Shown here one piece after another: positions 9,035 through 18,308 of a stretch of 64,000 bases of DNA (position 1 is the first letter of the stretch; each line of letters begins with the position of its first letter). Under the pieces are notes generated by a model that saw only the letters and a program-made list of their open reading frames with translations, searched no databases and had not been told where the DNA came from. The DNA lies in the NCBI GenBank assembly GCA_035553515.1, contig DATNDG010000073.1:6034-70033 (forward strand). The letters run 5' to 3'. Made by a program: the position numbers and the translations under genes. The stretch comes from Stellaceae bacterium. GTDB taxonomy: Bacteria > Pseudomonadota > Alphaproteobacteria > ATCC43930 > CGMCC-115725.

Positions 9035-10537
9035 TCAGCGCGCGAGATATGCTGCCAGCGCGGTTGCCGTCGCGGGCGGTGCGACGAGGCCGAGCTTGCT
9101 GCGCCGCCAGAGGATGTCCTCTGCCGTCCGCGCCCATTCCTCGGCGACGAGCCACTCGACCTCGCGCGTGGTGAGCCCGGCGCCGAAATCCGGCCCGAGA
9201 TCCTCGGAGCGCCTGGCCTCGCCCAGCAGCCGCACCGCCTCGCTGCCATAACTGCGCGCGAGGCGCAGCGCGCGCGCCTCGCCGAGCCAGGGACGCTCGG
9301 CGATGAGCGTCGCGGCAAGTGCCGCGGGTCCGCTCGCCGGGATCTCGCCGCCGGGCAGCGGCGCCGTTGCCGTCCAGGCGCTCTGGGCCCCGGGCAGGAA
9401 AGGCTGCAGCTTCTGGAGCGCATGCTCCGCCAGCCGGCGATAGGTCGTGATCTTGCCGCCGAAGACCGAGAGCGCCGGCGGTCCTGCGGCGTCGATGTCG
9501 AGGAGATAGTCGCGCGTCACCGCGGCGGCGTTCTTGGCGCGGTCGTCGTGGAGCGGCCGCACCCCCGCATAGCTCCATACCACCTTGTCGGGCGTCACCG
9601 GCCGGGCGAGCCAGGAGGAGACGGCGCGACAGAGATACTCCGTCTCCGCGGTATCGATGGCGACGCCGCCGGGGTCGCCAGCAAACGGCAGGTCGGTGGT
9701 GCCGATCAGCGTGAAGCGCTCGGCGAAAGGCAGAACAAAGATGACGCGGCGGTCGTCGTTCTGCAGGAGATAGGCTTGATCGCCGTCATAGAGCCGCGGC
9801 AGGACGATATGGCTGCCCTTGACCAGCCGCAGCTCGGCATGCGCCGCGGCGATGCCGCAGCGCTGCAGCACCCGTGCCACCCAGGGGCCTGCCGCATTCA
9901 CCAGCACCGCGGCCGCGACCTCGCGCTCGGCACCGTCGGGAAGCCGGAAACGTGCAGACCATCGCGTCCCGTCGCGCCGCGCGGCGATGAGCTCCGTGCG
10001 CGTCAGCACCGCGGCGCCGCGACGCGCCGCATCGCGCGCATTGAGCACGACGAGGCGCGCATCGTCCACCCAGCAATCGGAATAGACGAAGGCCGTGCGC
10101 AGCCCCGCGCGCAGCGGCGCGCCATAGGGATGCCGCGCACAATCGATGGTCTCGGTGCCGGGCAGCTCGCGCCTCCCGCCGATGTGATCGTAGAGGAAGA
10201 GCCCGGCGCGGATCATCCAGCGCGGGCGCAGCCTTCGGTCATGCGGCAGCACGAAGCGCATCGGACGCACGATGTGCCGCGCATTGCGCAGCAGCACCTC
10301 GCGCTCGCCGAGCGCCTCGTGCACCAGGCGGATCTCGCCATATTCGAGATAGCGCAGCCCGCCATGCACCAGCTTGCTCGAGGCCGAGGAGGTGGCGCCG
10401 GCGAGGTCGCCCTGCTCCAGCAGCATGACGCTGAGCCCGCGCCCGGCCGCATCGCGCGCGATGCCGGCGCCATTGACGCCGCCGCCGATGACCAGCAGGT
10501 CGACGGAATCGGGTATTGCGCTCTGCGCCCGCGGCAC
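9035..10537 (-). CDS. glpD: glycerol-3-phosphate dehydrogenase (FAD-dependent)
   Basis: 500 aa. DLLVIGGGVNGAGIARDAAGRGL is the FAD fold, followed by SSASSKLVHGGLRYLE. Confidence 0.92.
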   Translation of the reverse strand: MPRAQSAIPDSVDLLVIGGGVNGAGIARDAAGRGLSVMLLEQGDLAGATSSASSKLVHGGLRYLEYGEIRLVHEALGEREVLLRNARHIVRPMRFVLPHDRRLRPRWMIRAGLFLYDHIGGRRELPGTETIDCARHPYGAPLRAGLRTAFVYSDCWVDDARLVVLNARDAARRGAAVLTRTELIAARRDGTRWSARFRLPDGAEREVAAAVLVNAAGPWVARVLQRCGIAAAHAELRLVKGSHIVLPRLYDGDQAYLLQNDDRRVIFVLPFAERFTLIGTTDLPFAGDPGGVAIDTAETEYLCRAVSSWLARPVTPDKVVWSYAGVRPLHDDRAKNAAAVTRDYLLDIDAAGPPALSVFGGKITTYRRLAEHALQKLQPFLPGAQSAWTATAPLPGGEIPASGPAALAATLIAERPWLGEARALRLARSYGSEAVRLLGEARRSEDLGPDFGAGLTTREVEWLVAEEWARTAEDILWRRSKLGLVAPPATATALAAYLAR

Positions 10538-10556
10538 CGGTTACGTCCGCCAATCG

Positions 10557-10639
10557 CCCCACCTCACCCTCCCATTGCTGCGCAATGGGGCCCTCCCTCT
10601 CCGCCTCATTGGGGCGGAGAGGGTTGGGGTGAGGTGGGG
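10557..10639. repeat. nested palindromic intergenic element (family B)
   Basis: The outer inverted repeat ccccacctcacc/ggtgaggtgggg encloses the hairpins cccattg-N5-caatggg and ccctctcc-N13-ggagaggg. Confidence 0.85.
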
Positions 10640-10676
10640 CGTCGATTTCAAATTCATGGCTGAAGACTCGCGCACG

Positions 10677-11822
10677 CTACTTCACCCGATGGAGCACGGC
10701 GTCGAGCTGCCGGCCGCCACCCGCCGCGATCCAATCGAGATCGAGTCCGCCATCCTCGCGCGGCGTGCAGAGCAGGCGGCTCAGGCCCGGCTCGGCGAAG
10801 ACCAGCTTGCCCTCGGCAATGCGACCGCTGCGGCGCGAAACGGCGGGCTTCAGATTGGCCGTCAATCCGGGGCCGATGATGTAGGCCGCCTCGACCGATC
10901 CGGCCTGCGCATGCTCTATCGCGAGCATCACTTCGCGGCCATTGGGATAGCTGCCGTACCACTTGCCGAGGAAAGGATCGGCGGGACCGCCGCTTGTCCC
11001 CGCCGGCTTCAGATCCCGCGGCACCGGCAGAGCCGCGCTCGGCGCCTCGCCCCAGCCGCTGTCGCAGGATGCCGGCGTGGGCATCGGGCCGTCGCCCGAC
11101 ACCTGCAACAGGCAGGCGCCGAAGCGGCGCACGAAGAGCGCGGTATTGCCGCTGAAATGTCCGGAGAAGCCCTGCGGCCGCTCGAGCACGACATGCGGCA
11201 CGCCATGCGCCGCGAGGAGCTCGGCCGATTTCCTGGCGCGGCCGCCGGGATCGTAGGGATCGTTCTTGAAATAGCCGATCATGATGCGGCCGCGGCGGAT
11301 CGCATCGATATAGTCGAGCAGCACGAAGCCGTTCATCAGATATGTCGGATGATCGGTGCCGTACCAGGCGGGCGCATCCGCAATGACCGCGTGGATGTCA
11401 TCGCTCTTGCCCGCCGCCATCAGCGACAGCCACGCACCGCCCGATTGGCCGGCGAGCACGATGCGCCGATAGCCCTGCTGCTTCAGCCGATGCGCCGTCT
11501 TGACGATCTGCGACGAGGAAAAGCGCTGCTCCTCGGCCATGCGTGGCCGCAGCAGGCGGAAAACGTCCCAGCCCGAGCTGCGGAAGAGCCGCAGGAAGAG
11601 CGGCAGCGGCGCATCCGCCCCTTCGGTGCCGTAGAGAAAATTGACGCCGTGATTCCAAATGACCGCGCCCTTTGCCGCGGCGGGGCCGGCATTGGGGTGA
11701 TCGGGATAGGCCTGCACCAGCGCGAAGTCCTCGGCGGCGGCGAGAGTGGGCGCGGCGAGGCTGAGCAGGAGCGCGGCCAGCAGCGTGCGGGCGAAACGCG
11801 GCCAAGATGCGGCAAGTCCCAT
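10677..11822 (-). CDS. secreted alpha/beta-hydrolase-like protein
   Basis: Internal ATG 11822 (MGLAASWPRFARTLLAALLLSLAAPTLAAA, a signal peptide) of track ORF 10677..12269. GQSGGAW resembles a GxSxG nucleophile elbow. Confidence 0.7.
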   Translation of the reverse strand: MGLAASWPRFARTLLAALLLSLAAPTLAAAEDFALVQAYPDHPNAGPAAAKGAVIWNHGVNFLYGTEGADAPLPLFLRLFRSSGWDVFRLLRPRMAEEQRFSSSQIVKTAHRLKQQGYRRIVLAGQSGGAWLSLMAAGKSDDIHAVIADAPAWYGTDHPTYLMNGFVLLDYIDAIRRGRIMIGYFKNDPYDPGGRARKSAELLAAHGVPHVVLERPQGFSGHFSGNTALFVRRFGACLLQVSGDGPMPTPASCDSGWGEAPSAALPVPRDLKPAGTSGGPADPFLGKWYGSYPNGREVMLAIEHAQAGSVEAAYIIGPGLTANLKPAVSRRSGRIAEGKLVFAEPGLSRLLCTPREDGGLDLDWIAAGGGRQLDAVLHRVK

Positions 11823-11875
11823 GGCGGCGAGTCTGATGAAGCGGCCCGGCAATGACAAGCCGCCCGTCACACCCG

Positions 11876-12784
11876 TCACGCCCGCCGCGCCCGCAGCCGT
11901 TCGCGATGCGCGATATAGACGCCGCTGCCGACCACCAGCCCGGCGCCAGCCCAGGTCCAGGCCGCCGGCACCGCGCCGAAGACGAGATAGCCCATCAAGG
12001 TCGACCAGATCATCTGGCTGTAGGAGAAGGGCGCGAGCATCGAGGCGGCGCCGCGTATCAACCCGGCAATGAAGAGATATTGCCCGCCGGCGTTCAGCAT
12101 GCCCATCGCCACCAGCATGCCGCACTCGCCGAGGCTCGGCGGCCGCCACACCAGCGGCAGGGCGAGGGCGCTCAGCACGAAGCCGATCGTGGTGGAGTAG
12201 GCGAGCGTGGTGACCGGCAGATCGGCGCCTCTCATGCGGCGCGTCAGCACGATAGCGAGCGCCCAGCACGCGGCCGAGAGCAGCGGCAGCGCCGCCGCCG
12301 CGCCGATCGCGCCGGAGCCGGGCCGCGTGACGACGAGCACGCCGAGAAAACCCACCGCCACCGCCGACCAGCGGCGGATGCCGATCTGCTCACCGAGCAG
12401 CGGGATCGACAGCGCGGTCACGATCAGCGGCGAGGCGAAGGCGATCGCCGTCGCGTCGGCGAGCGCGAGGCGCTGCAGCCCGGCGATGAAGAAGACCGCG
12501 GCGCCGAGCACGGCGATGCCGCGCAGCAGCTGCAGCAGAGGCTGCTGCGTCAGTGCGAGACGGGGCCGCCGCAGCACCGCCGGCGACAGCAGCGCCAGGA
12601 TGACGAGATAACGCCCGCAGACCACCTCGACGGGATCGAGCCGCTCGGCGAGCAGCTTCGACAGCGTATCCGAGAGGCTGAAAACGGCCACCGCCGACAG
12701 CACCAGGGCGATGGCAAGAAGGGGCCGCTCGGCGCCGGTCCGGCGGTCGGCCGGAAGCAGCGGCAATGCAGGTGCTTTGCTCAT
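11876..12784 (-). CDS. DMT (EamA-like) family transporter
   Basis: 302 aa with about 10 TM helices and a duplicated EamA-like architecture. Confidence 0.85.
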   Translation of the reverse strand: MSKAPALPLLPADRRTGAERPLLAIALVLSAVAVFSLSDTLSKLLAERLDPVEVVCGRYLVILALLSPAVLRRPRLALTQQPLLQLLRGIAVLGAAVFFIAGLQRLALADATAIAFASPLIVTALSIPLLGEQIGIRRWSAVAVGFLGVLVVTRPGSGAIGAAAALPLLSAACWALAIVLTRRMRGADLPVTTLAYSTTIGFVLSALALPLVWRPPSLGECGMLVAMGMLNAGGQYLFIAGLIRGAASMLAPFSYSQMIWSTLMGYLVFGAVPAAWTWAGAGLVVGSGVYIAHRERLRARRA

Positions 12785-12910
12785 GCGGCGGGCGAATCTT
12801 AGCCCGGATTTCTCAGACGGTCACGGGGAGGGACGGCGTCCTCTGGCGCCAGGGTGCGAAAGCGCCGGTGGCGAACCGTTTGAGACATGCATTTGACTGC
12901 AGTTCCGCCC

Positions 12911-13004
12911 TGCGTCCTTCGACAAGCTCAGGACGAGGTGAGTTCTTTGTGGCGCAAAGAAATTTTCCTTATCCTGAGCGCGAGCGGAGCAGTCGAAGGA
13001 CGCA
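12911..13004. repeat. palindromic intergenic element, family A (tgcgtccttcgac termini)
   Basis: Terminal inverted repeat tgcgtccttcgac (12911-12923) / gtcgaaggacgca (12992-13004), with internal ctcagga/tcctgag arms. The same element occurs at 14220 and 24828. Confidence 0.9.
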
Positions 13005-13097
13005 CAACCGACTGTCCCGTCGGGAGCCTCTCGACCCCGCCCCTCCTGCGCGCGCTATACTGGTCCTCCCGCGACCGGCTTCAGGGAGACCCCGCCC

Positions 13098-14195
13098 GTG
13101 GAGATCAAAGCCGCCGTCTTCCGCAAGGTGCACGAGCCGCTCACCATCGAAGGCGTGGAGATCGACAAGCCCTGGGGGCGCGAGGTGCTGGTGCGCACCG
13201 TCGCCACCGGCGTCTGCCACAGCGATCTCCATGTCGTCGACGGGCTCGGCCGTTTTCCGCTCGATCGGCCCTTCGTGCTGGGCCATGAGGGCGCCGGCAT
13301 CGTCGAGGCGGTCGGCGAGGACGTCACCAGCCTGCGCGTCGGCGACCACGTGGTCGCCTGCCTCTCGGGCTTCTGCGGCAACTGCGCGCAATGCCTGAGC
13401 GGCCATCCCAATCTCTGCACCGGCGGCATCGTCACCCGGCCCGACAGCGGCAAGCCGCGCCTTTCGCAGGGCGGCAAGCCCTTCCGCCAGTTCCTCGGCA
13501 TTTCGAGCTATGGCGAGCGCATGCTGCTGCATGAGAACTCCGTGGTGCGCATCGATCCCGAGCTGCCGCTCGATCGCGCGGCGCTGGTCGGTTGCGGCGT
13601 GCTCACCGGTGTCGGCGCGGCATTGCGCAGCGCCGGGCTCGAGCCCGGACAGAATGTGGCGGTGTTCGGCTGCGGCGGCGTCGGCCTCTCGATCATCCAG
13701 GGCGCGCGCATCGGCGGCGCGCGGCAGATCATCGCCGTCGATGTCTTCCCCGCGAAGCTCGATATGGCGAAGCGCGTCGGCGCGACGCATACCGTGGACG
13801 CCTCGCAGGACGATCCCGTCAAGGCGGTGCGCGCGCTTACCGGCGGCGCCGGCGTCGATCACGCCTTCGAGGCGGTGGGGATCGCCAAGCTGGTGCGGCA
13901 GGCGATCGAGAGCCTCGCCATCCGCGGCACCGCCACCATCGTCGGCGTGCTGCCGCCCGAGGCCACGATCGAGTTTCCGTGGATGGCGATCCGGCCGGAA
14001 TGCAAGGTGCAGACCTCGCGCATGGGATCGAACCGCTTCCGCACCGACATTCCGCTCTATCTCGACTTCTACCGGCAGGGCCGGCTGATGCTCGACGAGA
14101 TGGTGACGAAGCGCGGCCCTATCGAGGACATCAACGAAGCCTTCCGCGCGATGAAGGCGGGCGAGGTCGCGAGAACGGTGCTGACCTTCGATTGA
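13098..14195 (+). CDS. zinc-dependent alcohol dehydrogenase (class III-like)
   Basis: 365 aa with a GTG start. Motifs: GVCHSDLH, GHEGAG, CGNCAQCLSGHPNLC, GCGGVG. Confidence 0.9.
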   Translation: MEIKAAVFRKVHEPLTIEGVEIDKPWGREVLVRTVATGVCHSDLHVVDGLGRFPLDRPFVLGHEGAGIVEAVGEDVTSLRVGDHVVACLSGFCGNCAQCLSGHPNLCTGGIVTRPDSGKPRLSQGGKPFRQFLGISSYGERMLLHENSVVRIDPELPLDRAALVGCGVLTGVGAALRSAGLEPGQNVAVFGCGGVGLSIIQGARIGGARQIIAVDVFPAKLDMAKRVGATHTVDASQDDPVKAVRALTGGAGVDHAFEAVGIAKLVRQAIESLAIRGTATIVGVLPPEATIEFPWMAIRPECKVQTSRMGSNRFRTDIPLYLDFYRQGRLMLDEMVTKRGPIEDINEAFRAMKAGEVARTVLTFD

Positions 14196-14219
14196 GCGCG
14201 GGCGCTGCAAAGGCGCTTG

Positions 14220-14315
14220 TGCGTCCTTCGACAAGCTCAGGATGAGGAGCATCGGACATGGCCCTTGTCAGGGGCCACCAAGAACCGCCCTCATCCTGAG
14301 CTTGTCGAAGGACGC
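14220..14315. repeat. palindromic intergenic element, family A (possible bidirectional terminator)
   Basis: Perfect 27-bp inverted repeat gcgtccttcgacaagctcaggatgagg (14221-14247 / 14289-14315) with a 41-nt spacer. It sits between convergent genes, 24 nt after the ADH stop. Confidence 0.9.
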
Positions 14316-14356
14316 TTCACCGGAATGCAGCGGTTTCACCCGCATTGGCGCCTACG

Positions 14357-15529
14357 TCAGCTTGCGCCTGATTTCACCGCCTCGGTCAGGAATCGCTCGC
14401 TCGAGGCAATCAAGGGCGGCTCGTCCATCACGGAGCGGGAAGTCTGCTGCTTTTCCAGCACCCGCCGCAAGTTTCCGATCGCCTTGGTGATGTCTTCCTT
14501 GAACTTCGCTATTGCCTGATCGACGAAGGCTTTGTCCTTCGGCCTGGGCTTGGCGACGCGCATTTCGATATGGGTTGCGCCATGCGCCAGCTCCTGAAAG
14601 GCATGAGTCAGCATGATCTTTGGCGCGCCCGGGATCGGCAGCAGGGCGTTCACGGTGAAATAGTCGGCGGGACGCCAATCGAGCACCTCTTCGACGATGG
14701 CGTCCTTGCCGTGCATGCAATGAATCTCGGTGCCAACTCCCCTGCGCTTGTTGCCCGAGTTATCGATGATCGCTTCGGTGGGCCACCATTTCTGCCGCTG
14801 CCCGGGCACCGTGAAATGCTCCCACACGGTCTGTCGGGATGCGGCGACATCGAAATCCCACGCCAGATAGGCGTCGGCCCGCGTTACCTCGACATGCGTG
14901 CGCTCGTTCTCTTTCTTCCACGTCTCCTCGAGGTCGCGCAGCCAGAGCTTGACGTCGCCGATGATCTCGATGGTTTCGCGATGCTCGACCAGTCCCTGCG
15001 CCACCGGGTCCACGCCCATGGTCTCGATGCACGCGTCGCTGTAGAGGGCATAGGCGCGGCCGCCAAGCTTGTCGGATACCGTGTTCTTGAGGAGCCTGTG
15101 GACGAGGATCACGTCGCGTCCGGCGAGCTCTTCGCGCCCGCCCATCTTCTGCTTCACCATCTCGCCGTGATGGACGACAAACTTGAAATCGAGATCGCTC
15201 ATCGCGACACAGGCTTTGCACTCGCAGACCGATGCCTGCTTGACGTCGCGCAGCCGCCGACGGAACTTGAAATAGGCCGACTCGATCGCGTCCTGCAGGA
15301 GAGAGCCATCGACCTTCTCGGCCACCGCGTAGACGAAGGCGGCATCGCCCTCGAATTTGGCCAGCCGGAAGGGCGGTCTGAGGCCCTTGACCACCGTGTT
15401 CATGAAATCGGCGATGATGTCCTGCGCATGGTCGAGCTCGACCCCGGCGAGGAAGCGCGTATAGCCGGAGATATCGGCGATCGCGAAATAGGCCGATTCA
15501 GGTTTCGGAAGCATCGGAATTCTCCCCAA
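14357..15529 (-). CDS. DUF2652 (nucleotidyl-cyclase-like) domain protein with C-terminal SRPBCC-like domain
   Basis: 390 aa. The N-terminus has YFAIADISGYTRFL...FEGDAAF...HHGE. The C-terminal half (WEHFTVPGQRQKWWP...) looks like a START/SRPBCC fold. Confidence 0.75.
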   Translation of the reverse strand: MGRIPMLPKPESAYFAIADISGYTRFLAGVELDHAQDIIADFMNTVVKGLRPPFRLAKFEGDAAFVYAVAEKVDGSLLQDAIESAYFKFRRRLRDVKQASVCECKACVAMSDLDFKFVVHHGEMVKQKMGGREELAGRDVILVHRLLKNTVSDKLGGRAYALYSDACIETMGVDPVAQGLVEHRETIEIIGDVKLWLRDLEETWKKENERTHVEVTRADAYLAWDFDVAASRQTVWEHFTVPGQRQKWWPTEAIIDNSGNKRRGVGTEIHCMHGKDAIVEEVLDWRPADYFTVNALLPIPGAPKIMLTHAFQELAHGATHIEMRVAKPRPKDKAFVDQAIAKFKEDITKAIGNLRRVLEKQQTSRSVMDEPPLIASSERFLTEAVKSGAS

Positions 15530-15671
15530 GAAGCGGAACTTCCCGCCTCCTGACAGGCTTATGCCACGTCACGTCGCGAAAGGCGCAGGGAATCTTGGGC
15601 TGAAACTTCCGAGTTTGGCAGCTACCTGCCGGCGTTTTCGGTGGTCCCCCTCAAGGGCGAGACAACGCGCG

Positions 15672-16358
15672 TCAGATCCTCACTCCGAACACCTCTTCGA
15701 GGCCCCGCCGGCCGGCGGGGGTGATGATGAGCGCCCGGCTGTCGCGCTGGCGCGCGACCCAGCGCAGATCGAAGCAGCGCGACGCCAGCGCCGCGCCGAC
15801 CGCGCCGCCGATATGCGGCCGCCGCTCGGTCCAGTCGAGGCAAGGCCGGCAATAGGCGCGGCGGCGCTGGCGCGCCGCGGCGAGGTCGAGGCCGAAGCCG
15901 GTGAGGAAGTCGATCCCCGCTTCGGTCACCTCCCCCGCTTCCTCGCCGAGCTCGAGATGCCCGCGCTCGGCCAGCGCATCGGCCAGCCCGACGCCGAGCA
16001 GCCCGGCGAAATGATCGTAGCAGGTGCGGGCGCGGCGCAGCTCCGCATCGACCTTGGAGGGCGGGCGATAGCGCGCCGGCGCGGCCACCGCCACCTCCAT
16101 GATGCCCTCGATCATGCGGCCGACCTGCGGCGTCGCCAGCCGGTAATAGCGGTGGCGTCCCTGCTTCTGCAGGCTCAGGAGGTGGCTCTGCGTGAGCTTC
16201 GACAGATGGCCGCTCGTCGTCTGCGGCGAGACGCCGGCGAAATAGGCGAGCTCGCTCGCGGTGAGCGCACGGCCGTCCAGCAGCGCGGTCAGGATGTTGG
16301 CGCGCGCGGGATCGCCGACCAACGCGGCGATCTCGGCCAGTCTCGGATCCTCTTTCAT
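15672..16358 (-). CDS. ArsR/SmtB-type winged-helix transcriptional regulator with C-terminal extension
   Basis: Start at ATG 16358 (MKEDPRLAEIAALVGDPARANILTALLDGRALTASELA...RYYRL). Confidence 0.8.
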   Translation of the reverse strand: MKEDPRLAEIAALVGDPARANILTALLDGRALTASELAYFAGVSPQTTSGHLSKLTQSHLLSLQKQGRHRYYRLATPQVGRMIEGIMEVAVAAPARYRPPSKVDAELRRARTCYDHFAGLLGVGLADALAERGHLELGEEAGEVTEAGIDFLTGFGLDLAAARQRRRAYCRPCLDWTERRPHIGGAVGAALASRCFDLRWVARQRDSRALIITPAGRRGLEEVFGVRI

Positions 16359-16494
16359 GGGAGGCAGTCTAACCGCCGCGGCCACCCGCTTCACCTGCTG
16401 ATGCTACGGCCCCCGCCGAAGCGATCGAGGGCGACAGCTGCCGGGCCGCACCCCATCTGCCGCCGACGGAAAACCTCGACCGGAGCCTGTCGCC

Positions 16495-17892
16495 ATGGCC
16501 CTTGCCGCCGCTCGACCGCAAGCCTCTGCCCTGCCGCGCCCGGCGGGCGTGAGCTTGTTCGTGCTCTGCCTCGGCGTGCTAGCCGCGCAGATCGACAGTT
16601 CCGTCGTCAACCTGGCGGTGAAGCGCATCGGCGCCGATCTCAAGGCCGGCGTCAGCGCGCTGCAATGGGTGCTCGATGCCTACAACCTAGTCTACGCCAG
16701 TCTGCTGCTCACCGCCGGCACGCTGGGCGATCTCTATGGCAGGCGCCGCATCTTCACCGCGGGCATGGCGCTTTTCGCACTCGGCACCGCGGTCTGCGGC
16801 CTGGCGCCCGGCATCGGCATCCTGATCACCGGCCGCGTCATCGCCGGCATCGGCGCCGCCGCCGTTTTGCCGAGCTCGCTCGCCATCCTCGCCGCCACAT
16901 ATCCCGAGGGTCCCGCTCGTTCGCACGCGCTCGGCATCTGGGCGAGCTGCAACGGATTGGCGCTGGCGATCGGGCCGACCATCGGCGGGCTGCTCGTCGA
17001 TGGCGCCGGCTGGCGCAGCATCTTCCTGCTGATCCTGCCGGTAGCGGGGCTGGCACTCGCGCTGATGCGGCATGTCCCGGAATCATCCGCACCCCAAGGG
17101 CGACGCCTCGATCCCGCCGGACAGGCACTCGCCATTCTCGGCCTCGGCGCGCTCGCCTTCGCGGTGATCGAAGGTTCGCGCCTCGGCTGGACGGCGACGC
17201 CGATCATCGTCGCCGCGGTGCTTGCCGTGCTTGGCCTCGGCACATTCCTGCTGCTGCAGCGCCGCGGCAAGGGCGCGCTGGTGCCGCTCAACCTTTTCCG
17301 CAGCCGGCCCTTCTCGGCCGCGCTCGCCGTCACCGCGCTCATGACCTTCGGCATGTATGGCATGCTGTTCCTGCTGCCGATCTATCTCCAGGGCGCGCGC
17401 GGCCATTCCGCCTTTGTCGCCGGACTCGAGCTGCTGCCGGCATCGCTCACCTTCGTCGTCGTCTCGAGCCTCTCCGGGCGTCTGGCGCAGCGCTTCGGCC
17501 AGCGCGCACTGACGACGTGCGGCATGGCGGCGATGGGGATCGGGCTCATCATGCTGGCGAGCCTTGGCCCGGCCACGCCGCTCGGCGTCATGGTGGCGGG
17601 GCTCTTCGTCATCGGCATCGGGCTCGGACTCAATACCGGCCCGGTGATGAGCGTCGCGGTCGGCAGCGTGCCGCATGAGCGGCAAGGCACCGCCGCCGGG
17701 CTCGTCAACACGGCGCGCATGGTGGGCGCGACCCTGGGCATCGCCGTTCTGGGCGCGCTCTTCGCCGCCAGCGCCGGCCAGGGCGCGTCGGGCGCGCCGG
17801 CAATCGCCGCCGGATTGCGCTTGGCGCTCGCGGTCGGCGGCGCGGGCGAGCTTCTGGGCGCGGTGATCGCCTGGAATCTGATCCGAAGCTAA
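16495..17892 (+). CDS. MFS transporter (DHA2/EmrB-like, 14-TM type)
   Basis: 465 aa. LTAGTLGDLYGRRRIF is MFS motif A. Divergent from the ArsR-type regulator. Confidence 0.88.
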   Translation: MALAAARPQASALPRPAGVSLFVLCLGVLAAQIDSSVVNLAVKRIGADLKAGVSALQWVLDAYNLVYASLLLTAGTLGDLYGRRRIFTAGMALFALGTAVCGLAPGIGILITGRVIAGIGAAAVLPSSLAILAATYPEGPARSHALGIWASCNGLALAIGPTIGGLLVDGAGWRSIFLLILPVAGLALALMRHVPESSAPQGRRLDPAGQALAILGLGALAFAVIEGSRLGWTATPIIVAAVLAVLGLGTFLLLQRRGKGALVPLNLFRSRPFSAALAVTALMTFGMYGMLFLLPIYLQGARGHSAFVAGLELLPASLTFVVVSSLSGRLAQRFGQRALTTCGMAAMGIGLIMLASLGPATPLGVMVAGLFVIGIGLGLNTGPVMSVAVGSVPHERQGTAAGLVNTARMVGATLGIAVLGALFAASAGQGASGAPAIAAGLRLALAVGGAGELLGAVIAWNLIRS

Positions 17893-17936
17893 CCGAAAGA
17901 CCTGAATACTAAAGTTCTTGCCTAACTGTCCGCCCC

Positions 17937-18308
17937 GTGATACTTAACCTCATGCTTAACCAATCACCCGAGCTCGACCGCCTGTTCCACGCGCTCGCCG
18001 ACCCGGCACGCCGTGCCATGATCGAGCGGCTGAGCCGCGGTCCGGCGCCGGTGAGCGAGCTGGCGCGGCCGCTACCCATGTCGCTGCCGGCGGCGATGCA
18101 GCATCTCGGCGTGCTCGAGGCGGCGGGGCTCGTGCGCTCGGAGAAGACCGGCCGCGTGCGCGTCTGCGCCATCGAGCCGCACGCGCTGAGCCAGGCCGAG
18201 CAATGGATCAATGCCCGGCGCAGCGAGTGGGAGCAGCGGCTCGATCGCCTGGGCGAGTATCTCGAAACGCTGAAGAAAGAGGGAGCGGCAGATGGCTCGG
18301 GAAAGTGA
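17937..18308 (+). CDS. ArsR/SmtB family transcriptional regulator
   Basis: LFHALADPARRAMIERLSRGPAPVSELARPLPMSLPAAMQHLGVLEAAGLV. The start may instead be MLNQ at 17952. Confidence 0.85.
   Translation: MILNLMLNQSPELDRLFHALADPARRAMIERLSRGPAPVSELARPLPMSLPAAMQHLGVLEAAGLVRSEKTGRVRVCAIEPHALSQAEQWINARRSEWEQRLDRLGEYLETLKKEGAADGSGK

Noticed and set aside
10374-11855. 493-aa plus-strand ORF. Similar long ORFs occur at 12969..14252(-), 19913..21634(+), 22574..23899(+), 26556..28016(+), 29719..30948(+), 43713..45164(+), 46769..48196(+) and 49291..50658(+).
   Set aside because: Each lies opposite a gene with clear family motifs. Long open antisense frames are expected at this GC content. Only the last 62 codons of 43713..45164 were kept, as a separate small gene.
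15561-17678. 705-aa plus-strand ORF spanning the ArsR-type regulator and MFS genes.
   Set aside because: It is antisense or out of frame relative to two well-supported genes. It is a run of R/A/G/P codons with no domain signatures.
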